In this document: positions 26,543 through 34,410 of the stretch, piece by piece
How positions within the stretch are numbered: the stretch's first letter is position 1
How the letters are laid out: every line of letters starts with the position of its first letter
Assembly (NCBI GenBank): GCA_946630435.1
Contig: CAMOYS010000002.1
Location: 1 to 43,106, forward strand
DNA from: an uncultured Bacillales bacterium
GTDB lineage: Bacteria > Bacillota_I > Bacilli_A > RFN20 > CAG-826
Reading direction: 5' to 3'
DNA length: 43,106 bases
The notes under the pieces: model-generated
The model's database searches: none
What the model was told of the DNA's origin: nothing
Seen by the model: the letters and a program-made list of their open reading frames with translations, nothing else
Made by a program: the position numbers and the translations under genes

Positions 26543-28222
26543 TTATTTCATGAATTCGTTAATCGTTTTAACGTATTTATTAAGGTGTTCTTCACCTAAC
26601 GCAAAGACATAATATTTAATCTTTGGTTCAGTTCCTGATGGACGAATAGTAATTGTTTCACCATCTTTAAGGAATAATTTAATAACGTTAGATTTTGGTA
26701 AATTAGTTGGTTCTTTATGATCTTTGAAATGGATAAAGCCTTCTTGATAATCACCGATATGGTCAATTTCTCCAAATAATTCGTGAGCTTTATTACCCCT
26801 AAAGGAATCCATAATAGCAAGAATCTTTTGTTTGCCTTCAACACCACTAAGTTCAAAAGCAAGTGTCGCGGTTTTGAAATCGCCAAATTCTTTATAAAGT
26901 TCAGTTAATCTATCAAACAATGTCTTGCCTTCATGTTTATATTTGTTAGCCATTTCGGCAACAAGTAAGCAAGCATTAACCGCGTCTTTATCACGAACAT
27001 CAATATTAGTAAGATAGCCACAGGATTCCTCGAATCCCAATAAATATCTTTCTACTTCACCTTTTTGTTCAAGGAAGAAGATTTGTTCACCAATGAATTT
27101 AAAACCAGTTAAAACTTCATTAACCTGGACACCATATTGTTTAGCCATAACGTTAACCATATCGCTAGAAACGATGGTTTTAACAACGACTGGTACTTTT
27201 GGTAAGGTGCCATTAGCTTTCTTAACATGATAAATAAAGTCAAATAAGAGAATACCAACTTCATTGCCAGTTAAAATAACAGGTTTTCCATTTTGATTAA
27301 CAACGACACCAACTCTATCACTATCAGGATCGGTAGCGAGTAAAACATCATCATTATTTTTAAGCATTAATTCGATACCAAGTTTTAAGGCTGGTTCCAT
27401 TTCTGGGTTTGGATATGGACAAGTTGGGAAATCGCCATTTGGTTTAGCTTGTTCGTTAACAACATCAACATTGAAATTGGTTTTTCTTAAAACAGTAGTA
27501 ACGCATCTATAACCTGCACCATAAAGTGGAGTGTATGCTATATTAAGAATTCTTTTACTATTATCTAATGAACATTTAAGAGTGGAATCAAAGTAATCAG
27601 ATATGAGTTTTTCATCAATAAAATTAATCTTTCCACGGACTACTAATTTATCAAAATCCCCATAGCAAATCCCCTTAAATGGTGATAATGATTGAATTTG
27701 TTCATAGACAGCATTAGCGGCATCAATTGTTAATTGGCAGCCATCGCTTCCATAAACTTTATAGCCATTATATTTAGATGGATTATGAGAAGCAGTAACA
27801 ACAATACCTGCATCACACTTTAAATATCTAACTGCATAAGATAGAGCCGGAGTAGGCATTAATTCTTTATAAATATAAACAGTAATATTATTACTTGCTA
27901 AAACGTTAGCAGCTTCTAAAGCAAAATTACGAGAGTTATTTCTACTATCATAGCCAATAGCAACGGAATTAGTCCTTCTTTGTTTTAAAAGGTATTGGGC
28001 TAAGCCTTGAGTGGCTCTTCTAATAACGAAACGGTTCATGCGGTTTGTACCAACACCCATGACACCTCTTAAACCGCCAGTTCCGAATTCTAAATCAGAA
28101 ATAAAGCGATCAGTAATTTCGTTTTCATTGTCTTTAATAAATATTAATTCAGCTTTTTCATCGCTTGATAAAGATGGCTCATTTAGCCATAAGTTGTATC
28201 TTTGTTCGACTTCTTTAAGCAT
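26543..28222 (-). CDS. alpha-D-phosphohexomutase (phosphoglucomutase/phosphomannomutase)
   Basis: Active-site TASHNPSKYNGYK, metal loop DPDSDR, sugar loop GFEESCG. 559 aa. RBS AAGAGGAG. Confidence 0.9.
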   Translation of the reverse strand: MLKEVEQRYNLWLNEPSLSSDEKAELIFIKDNENEITDRFISDLEFGTGGLRGVMGVGTNRMNRFVIRRATQGLAQYLLKQRRTNSVAIGYDSRNNSRNFALEAANVLASNNITVYIYKELMPTPALSYAVRYLKCDAGIVVTASHNPSKYNGYKVYGSDGCQLTIDAANAVYEQIQSLSPFKGICYGDFDKLVVRGKINFIDEKLISDYFDSTLKCSLDNSKRILNIAYTPLYGAGYRCVTTVLRKTNFNVDVVNEQAKPNGDFPTCPYPNPEMEPALKLGIELMLKNNDDVLLATDPDSDRVGVVVNQNGKPVILTGNEVGILLFDFIYHVKKANGTLPKVPVVVKTIVSSDMVNVMAKQYGVQVNEVLTGFKFIGEQIFFLEQKGEVERYLLGFEESCGYLTNIDVRDKDAVNACLLVAEMANKYKHEGKTLFDRLTELYKEFGDFKTATLAFELSGVEGKQKILAIMDSFRGNKAHELFGEIDHIGDYQEGFIHFKDHKEPTNLPKSNVIKLFLKDGETITIRPSGTEPKIKYYVFALGEEHLNKYVKTINEFMK

Positions 28223-28245
28223 GGATATCTCCTCTTTTCGACAAT

Positions 28246-28274
28246 ATTGTATATTTGTATAGTTTTAATTACAA
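28246..28274 (-). promoter_or_regulatory. candidate internal promoter in front of the phosphohexomutase gene
   Basis: Minus strand: TTGTAA (28269-28274), 17-nt spacer, TACAAT (28246-28251). Confidence 0.3.
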
Positions 28275-28287
28275 GTAATTAGCTCAG

Positions 28288-29361
28288 CTAAATATATTTA
28301 TTGTTATCAACACCTTTAAGTTTATTAACGACATCTTTAACTTCGTCGATATGATCTTTTTTCGCAATTAAGATGACATCATTAGTATTAACAATAACCA
28401 TATCTTCTAAACCAATAGTAACAAACATCTTCTTAGTAGAAGAAACAATGGTTGTGTTTTTAGTATTATAATTCAAAACTTTAGCGCGTTTAGCAATGTT
28501 CCCGTTTTCATCTTTTTGATGATGTCTATCAATTGCTAACCAGCTGCCTAAGTCATCCCATTCAAATGTTCCTTTAGTAACATAAATGTTATCGGCTTTT
28601 TCCATAACACCATAGTCAATGGAAATCTTTTCTAAACTAGCAAATGTGGTTGCATAGTTTTGATAGAATTCAAGTTTAGGAAGTTTAAATAAGTTATCTA
28701 ATGTTTCATATTGTTCTGGCATATATTTTTGGAAAGCATGCATCATTGTGGAGAGCTTATAAATAAACATTCCCGCATTCCATAAATATCCACCATTTTT
28801 AACGTATTTTTTAGCCACTTCTAAGGATGGTTTTTCCTTAAAAGAGCGGACTTTATATAGATTATTTTCGACTTCTTCACCTTCTTCAATATAGCCAAAG
28901 CCAGTGTCTGGGTGAGAAGGGTTAATACCGATTGTAACGATAGCGTCGTTATTCTCTAAGAACTTGGTAGCCTTCTCAATTAGTTCAACATATTTCTTAT
29001 CATCATCAATATATTGATCACTTGGAATAGTTACTACGACAACATCTTGGTTATATCTATCTTGAATATAACGAAGGGCTAAATTAATCGCAGGAGCGGT
29101 ATTTCTACCTACTGGTTCTAAAATAACGTTTTCGTCTTGAATTTCAGGTAAAGAAAGTAAAACAGCTTCTTTATATTTTTCACCGGTAACAACATAAATA
29201 TCTTTATAAGGGGTAAGAGATTTAACTCTTTCAGCAGTATCAAAAATTAATGGGTGTCCACTACCAGAAAGATCTAAGAATTGTTTAGGTTTAGCTGTAC
29301 GGCTTTCAGGCCAGAAGCGTTCACCAACACCACCAGCGATAATTAATGTAATAATTTTCAT
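28288..29361 (-). CDS. sugar-1-phosphate nucleotidyltransferase, mannose-1-phosphate guanylyltransferase-like (no cupin/PMI domain)
   Basis: MKIITLIIAGGVGERFWPESRTAKPKQFLDL matches the GDP-mannose pyrophosphorylase N-terminal signature (AGGxGxRxWPxSRxxxPKQF). Only 28 nt after the upstream gene, with RBS AAAGGAAAA. Confidence 0.8.
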   Translation of the reverse strand: MKIITLIIAGGVGERFWPESRTAKPKQFLDLSGSGHPLIFDTAERVKSLTPYKDIYVVTGEKYKEAVLLSLPEIQDENVILEPVGRNTAPAINLALRYIQDRYNQDVVVVTIPSDQYIDDDKKYVELIEKATKFLENNDAIVTIGINPSHPDTGFGYIEEGEEVENNLYKVRSFKEKPSLEVAKKYVKNGGYLWNAGMFIYKLSTMMHAFQKYMPEQYETLDNLFKLPKLEFYQNYATTFASLEKISIDYGVMEKADNIYVTKGTFEWDDLGSWLAIDRHHQKDENGNIAKRAKVLNYNTKNTTIVSSTKKMFVTIGLEDMVIVNTNDVILIAKKDHIDEVKDVVNKLKGVDNNKYI

Positions 29362-29389
29362 ATCTTATTTTCCTTTCGCCTAAAAATTA

Positions 29390-31108
29390 TTAATCAGTTA
29401 CAACGACATCATCACAAGTATCATCGAGAAGCTGACCAAGTACTTTATTATAGATTTCTGAATCAATTTCAAAACGTTTAAATCTAGCGTGATAAATCAA
29501 ACGAAATGCTGCAAATTTCTTACATATCTTCCACTCTTTTTCTAAATCCTTACCTTCAAAATAGACTGGGAAGAATGCATCATAAAACTTCTTCATAGTA
29601 GCTCTATCAAAGTGAAATATTTGCATACAGCGTTCATCTGAAACTGCATGAGCAAATAAATACATTGAACCAATATCATAATATGGCGAACCGATAGCAA
29701 GATCTGCTAAGTCAATCATGATATTATCACCTTTATCAGTCATAACTGCGTTTCCTGTATGGAAGTCACCATGAATTAATGTTTTAGCGTCTTTATATTC
29801 AAGGATTAAGGCTTTTAATTTTTCAACAATATCTTTATCTAATTTAGGCGCTAAAATGTTCACAAAACCTAATTCGATTTCACTTTGATCTGGGAAAATT
29901 CCTGGAAGAGGAGTGATTTTATGGAATTCACGAGTCATTAAGGCAAAACGTTTTGCGATTTCTGGAATCTTTTCAGGTTCATTAGCGACTGCTCTAGAGA
30001 ATGAAATCTTATTAACAACTCTTTCAAATGAGAAACCAACACGATCGCCAAAGTAACAGATTTCACCACTAATAGGAGTGTTAACGCCAGTAAGCAAAGC
30101 TTCTTTAGCCATAATCTTCTCTTTTTCAATCATGTTAACTGGAATTTTGTTAGAGAAGAGTTTAATCATTATATCTTCGTCTTTTTCATCAAAATATGTT
30201 GTAGAAGTATAGCCATCGCCAGAAATATACATTCCATCAAGTGAGCCATGGCCATATTTCTTAACAAGTGGAATCAAAGAAGAAATACCATTATCTTCAA
30301 GTTTAGAGGCAATATTTGGACTTACTAAACGTAAGAACATTCGATAACCATTTTGGTGTAAACGAATTAAAGTTCTCATTGCACCAAAAGATAAACCAGA
30401 TAATTTGTCGCAGTTAATAATGTTTTCTTTACCTTTATCTAAAACTTTTTCAATTTCAAATGAATCTTCTTTAGAAACATAACCTTCAAGAAGAATTTCA
30501 CTATCAGTTTTTGTGATTTTAAATTCGATATAGCGGTCAAAGACATCGTGGACATTTTGTTCAAATTCTTTAAAGGCATAATATTCTTTTAATTCACTTA
30601 AAGCGTCCACTAAAGAAAGATAATACCAAGCGTGATTTCTTGGATCATTATCATGGAATCTTTCCCAAATCTTATTGCCAATTTCAAGGTAGTCTTGTTT
30701 AATAGCTCTAATGTTAGATAATTTATCGCCTAAGGCCACCATTTTGGCTTCTTTAGAGGCATTCTTAAGGTGATTTAGGGTTGCTTGTTTTTTATCTTTC
30801 CAAGAAACAGCATTGCCATCTAAATCAACATCATAAGAAGTCTCAGATTTTACAATTGAGGCAACTTCTGCGCCGAATTCTTGCTCAATGTCTTCAATTT
30901 TAATAGGAGTATCTTCAGCAACATCATGAAGGACTGCCGCGGCTAAAAGAGTTTGATCATTACTCATTGTGCTAACGATACTTAATGCTTCAAGAGGATG
31001 AACGATATAAGGGAATCCTTTGCCTCTTCTTTCCGTATTAGCGTGAGCTTTTGTTGCGAATATAATCGCTCTATCTAATAAATTTGAATCAATATATTTT
31101 TCTGCCAT
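29390..31108 (-). CDS. three-domain protein: RelA/SpoT-type HD (alarmone hydrolase-like), STAS-like domain, APH-fold phosphotransferase
   Basis: aa 10-180: AHANTERRGKGFPYIVHPLEA...AAVLHDVAEDT (RSH hydrolase HD motifs). aa 195-282: ILLEGYVSKEDSFEIE...NCDKLSGLSFGAMRTLIRL...FLRLVSPNIASKLEDNGISSLIPL aligns with the STAS protein of the same operon. aa ~300-572: Brenner motif HGDFHTGN (29750-29773) and IDLADLAIGSPYYDIG, as in APH(3')-type kinases. Confidence 0.75.
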   Translation of the reverse strand: MAEKYIDSNLLDRAIIFATKAHANTERRGKGFPYIVHPLEALSIVSTMSNDQTLLAAAVLHDVAEDTPIKIEDIEQEFGAEVASIVKSETSYDVDLDGNAVSWKDKKQATLNHLKNASKEAKMVALGDKLSNIRAIKQDYLEIGNKIWERFHDNDPRNHAWYYLSLVDALSELKEYYAFKEFEQNVHDVFDRYIEFKITKTDSEILLEGYVSKEDSFEIEKVLDKGKENIINCDKLSGLSFGAMRTLIRLHQNGYRMFLRLVSPNIASKLEDNGISSLIPLVKKYGHGSLDGMYISGDGYTSTTYFDEKDEDIMIKLFSNKIPVNMIEKEKIMAKEALLTGVNTPISGEICYFGDRVGFSFERVVNKISFSRAVANEPEKIPEIAKRFALMTREFHKITPLPGIFPDQSEIELGFVNILAPKLDKDIVEKLKALILEYKDAKTLIHGDFHTGNAVMTDKGDNIMIDLADLAIGSPYYDIGSMYLFAHAVSDERCMQIFHFDRATMKKFYDAFFPVYFEGKDLEKEWKICKKFAAFRLIYHARFKRFEIDSEIYNKVLGQLLDDTCDDVVVTD

Positions 31109-31109
31109 T

Positions 31110-32189
31110 TTATTCTTTTAACACTCCTGATTTTCTAGCAATTTCACAAATGCGTTTTGCTTGTCTAGCGTTGCTCTTTCTTTCACCATAAATAAGACCT
31201 AAGAATAAGCCAACGCCAACTTCACCACCACCCGCTTTAAGAATGTAGGTAATGAGAAGATAATATAAAGCGGTTGTAGAAGACATAATATCGATATCAG
31301 TATCACTGAAGGCTTTAACCGCTAAAGTATAAGCGTCATCAGCGTATGATTTAAATATCTCATCTAATTGACCTAAATTAGTTATATTCATCTTCTTTAA
31401 TGCAATTAAATATGGGGTAGTTGAAACCGTTGTGATTTCCATATTATTAATCTTCGCAATACGTTCACTAAGAATAAGGAAGTGGCCCATACCAAGATAT
31501 TCTCTAAAGGAATCAGCGTTAAGTTCAACATCATTAAGATTACCTGATTCAACAAGGCTCTTAACGACACGACGATATTCAGATAAGTTAAATCTTAATT
31601 CAGAGAATTGCTTATCCGCTAATTCAAGAAGGCCAGCTAAACTAGATAAAGTTCTAAGTGATTCACGAGGAATTTCAACATCGCTTTTATAACCAGTATC
31701 ATGGTAGATAGAAGCCCAAACATGTTGAAGCGCGGTTCTCATTTGAAGTTCGAATCTAAGTTCATTTACTAAAGGATGTTTTTCATCATAATAAAGGGAC
31801 TTAGGAATTCGACATATATAGTGAAGAGACATATAACCAAAGCGGTCAACATCATGAAGTTTTCTTTTATCAACTGTATTTTCCCAGTCAATTTCAAAAA
31901 CATCACTTATAATGCCTGCGAATTTATCAACTTCATCAGTATAAAAGGTAACAACACGAGCACCGACTAAATCGGTTAAGTCTGATAAAGAGGTGTATTT
32001 ATATCCTTTTCTTTCGAGTTTTCCTTCTAAAGAATCACGTTTTTTAATACGAGATTCGACAGAATTGATAAACATGTCATGCTCACTAACGATTTTATTT
32101 AGTGCTTTATCAATGATGTCTTTTTGAATTTTTAGTGATTCATAAGCGGCATCAAATTCTTCAAGAATCATTTGAGCTTTAATGTCCAT
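31110..32189 (-). CDS. RelA/SpoT-domain small alarmone synthetase with a ~150-aa C-terminal extension
   Basis: Synthetase motifs SRIKKRDSLEGKL, DLVGARVVTF, RFGYMSLHY and ELQMRTALQHVWASIYHDTGYK are all present. RBS GGAGG precedes the ATG. Its stop lies 1 nt before the HD-protein start. Confidence 0.85.
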   Translation of the reverse strand: MDIKAQMILEEFDAAYESLKIQKDIIDKALNKIVSEHDMFINSVESRIKKRDSLEGKLERKGYKYTSLSDLTDLVGARVVTFYTDEVDKFAGIISDVFEIDWENTVDKRKLHDVDRFGYMSLHYICRIPKSLYYDEKHPLVNELRFELQMRTALQHVWASIYHDTGYKSDVEIPRESLRTLSSLAGLLELADKQFSELRFNLSEYRRVVKSLVESGNLNDVELNADSFREYLGMGHFLILSERIAKINNMEITTVSTTPYLIALKKMNITNLGQLDEIFKSYADDAYTLAVKAFSDTDIDIMSSTTALYYLLITYILKAGGGEVGVGLFLGLIYGERKSNARQAKRICEIARKSGVLKE

Positions 32190-32204
32190 GGTTTATCCTC
32201 CTTT

Positions 32205-34082
32205 TTATAAGTTCTTTTTAATTGTTAAAATGTTTTGATTGTTTTTGTATTCGTAAGAAATTTCATCCATTGATTGTTTAACAATAAAGATACCTAAACC
32301 ACCAATTTGTCTTTCACTAGCGTCTAAAGTGATATCAGGATTTTCGAGTTCAAGAGGGTTAAATGGTCTTCCATTATCCACGAATGAAATTGAAACAGAG
32401 ACAGGTTCTTCTTTAAGTTCAATACGAACGATAGCTTTACCAACTTCTGGATTATAAGCAAATTTAACAATATTAGAGAAGAGTTCATCAATCGCGACAT
32501 TGATTTGATAAATCGCTTTCTTGTTATTAGTAACTTTGCTTAAGAAATCATTAACAAATTCGGTAACAACATCGAGATTTTCCGATAAGGAGTCCACTGA
32601 AATCTCTTTTTTAAGGATTGGTGTGCCTTTGAAAAGAACGCTGATAATAGTGATATCATCAAATTGATCTTCACCATTAACAAACTTATTAATTTCAGCT
32701 TGAACAACCTTAGTTAATTCTTCAGGATTTAAGTCAGGATTTGCGTTAAGAATATTGAGTAATCTTTCTTCGCCAAATATTTCTTCGTTTGCGTTAGTGG
32801 CTTCAGTAACCCCATCAGTGTAGAAGAATATTTGATCTCCCGGAAGAAGTTTAAAGGATGTGGCTTTAAATTTAGTTTCTTCTAAACCACCTAAAACAAA
32901 TCCACGAGGAAGTTTAACATATTCGTATTTATTGTTTCTTTTAATAAGAATTGGATTATGACCTGCGTTAGCGACGATTAATTCACCAGTTAAAATATTT
33001 AATCGAGCGGTAACTGCTGTAACAAACAATCCACTTTGATTGAATTGATATAGTTCTTGGTTAGCAAGTTCGAGGGCCTTTTCTAAATAGATACCTGTTT
33101 TTGTAACGGATTTAAGAAAAGTTTTTGTCCCCATCATCTCTAAAGCAGCAGGAACACCTTTACCACTTACATCACCAATAGTGAAAATTAATTCATGAGG
33201 ATTACACATATAGAAGTCATAGAAATCTCCACCAACTTCTTTAGCAGGATCCATAATCGCATATAGTTCAAATTCGCTTGTGTTAGGAAATTCGCGAGGA
33301 AGAATGCCAACTTGAATGTTAGAAGCAATCCCTAGCTCTGCAGCAATCTTTTCTTTATCTTTTGTAAAATCACTATCTTTCTTAAGAAGTTTTTCAGTAC
33401 GAATAGTGAGTTGAAGAGAAATAAAGAACATTAAGGTGAGTAGGACCATTCTCGACATGTAATAATAGACAACTATCTTAACATATCTATTCTCGCCATA
33501 TTGCATAAGGCTATTAAGGTATTCAATTCTCTCATTTACATCTGATGTTTCAATTTTCATTGATTCATCAATACCAGTGTTATCCATACCACCCATTAAA
33601 TATGGGTCCCATTCACCAAATAGCATCGCAAAATACATGCAAAGTAGCATCATGATTGATACGGAGATAAAGATAGCTAAGCTAGTTCTTGGACTATAAT
33701 AGTGGCACGCTAAAACAATAATAACAGCCCAGCCTAAGAGCGAATGCTTAGGAATGATTACATTAATAACGGAAACAACAAAGATAAATAAAGAGAGTAA
33801 GTAATACTTAAACCAAGGTTGTTTAATGTATTTTGTTTTATAGAAGAATAACGGGGTTAATAGTAGAACCATTGAGATAGGAATCACAATGTTAAGGATG
33901 GTCATTATTGATTGCATCCCAAGTTCAAAAACACCAGTTATATAGAAAACCCATATAAGTAGCATTAAGAAAGAGCCAAAAGCACAACCAAATGCTAACG
34001 CTTTATTAGCGGAATATTCATTCTCTTGTAATGTTCTAGAATCAATAGCACGCTTTTTGAAAACAAGAAACGGATTCTTCAT
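32205..34082 (-). CDS. polytopic membrane sensor fused to a PP2C/SpoIIE phosphatase and an RsbW/SpoIIAB-type serine kinase (HATPase)
   Basis: About 6 TM helices in aa 27-225. PP2C motifs GGDFYDF, IGDVSGKGVPAAL, FYTDGVTEA and DDITII in aa 245-485. HATPase N-box DELFSNIVKFA, DNGRPF and GGLGIFIVKQ in aa 495-625. Confidence 0.85.
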   Translation of the reverse strand: MKNPFLVFKKRAIDSRTLQENEYSANKALAFGCAFGSFLMLLIWVFYITGVFELGMQSIMTILNIVIPISMVLLLTPLFFYKTKYIKQPWFKYYLLSLFIFVVSVINVIIPKHSLLGWAVIIVLACHYYSPRTSLAIFISVSIMMLLCMYFAMLFGEWDPYLMGGMDNTGIDESMKIETSDVNERIEYLNSLMQYGENRYVKIVVYYYMSRMVLLTLMFFISLQLTIRTEKLLKKDSDFTKDKEKIAAELGIASNIQVGILPREFPNTSEFELYAIMDPAKEVGGDFYDFYMCNPHELIFTIGDVSGKGVPAALEMMGTKTFLKSVTKTGIYLEKALELANQELYQFNQSGLFVTAVTARLNILTGELIVANAGHNPILIKRNNKYEYVKLPRGFVLGGLEETKFKATSFKLLPGDQIFFYTDGVTEATNANEEIFGEERLLNILNANPDLNPEELTKVVQAEINKFVNGEDQFDDITIISVLFKGTPILKKEISVDSLSENLDVVTEFVNDFLSKVTNNKKAIYQINVAIDELFSNIVKFAYNPEVGKAIVRIELKEEPVSVSISFVDNGRPFNPLELENPDITLDASERQIGGLGIFIVKQSMDEISYEYKNNQNILTIKKNL

Positions 34083-34083
34083 A

Positions 34084-34398
34084 TTAGTCCTCTTCGATAG
34101 TTAAAATGCTACTGAAACCAGTCATGTCGAAGGTTTCCATAATTAAGTCGTTAACATTTCGAAGAATCATCTTGCCTTGTTTTGACATTGTTTTATGGGT
34201 GATTAAAAGGATTCTTAAACCTGCTGAGGAAAGATAATCAAGATCCTTAAAATCAAAGTATAAAGTTTTAACTCCTTCAAGCGCACCATTAAGTGCGGCA
34301 TCAAGTTCAGGAGCGGTAGATGTATCAAGCCTACCTCCTAAAGAAATAGTTAAAACGTCGTTTTCTCTTTTTAAATCAATTTTCATATTGTTCTCCAC
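34084..34398 (-). CDS. STAS-domain protein (RsbV/SpoIIAA-like anti-sigma-factor antagonist)
   Basis: 104 aa. LTISLGGRLDTSTAPELDAAL...FDFKDLDYLSSAGLRILL...MILRNVNDLIMETFDMTGF carries the conserved phosphorylatable Ser motif. RBS GGAG. Its stop lies 1 nt before the next ATG. Confidence 0.85.
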   Translation of the reverse strand: MENNMKIDLKRENDVLTISLGGRLDTSTAPELDAALNGALEGVKTLYFDFKDLDYLSSAGLRILLITHKTMSKQGKMILRNVNDLIMETFDMTGFSSILTIEED

Positions 34399-34410
34399 TT
34401 TAATGTTTAA

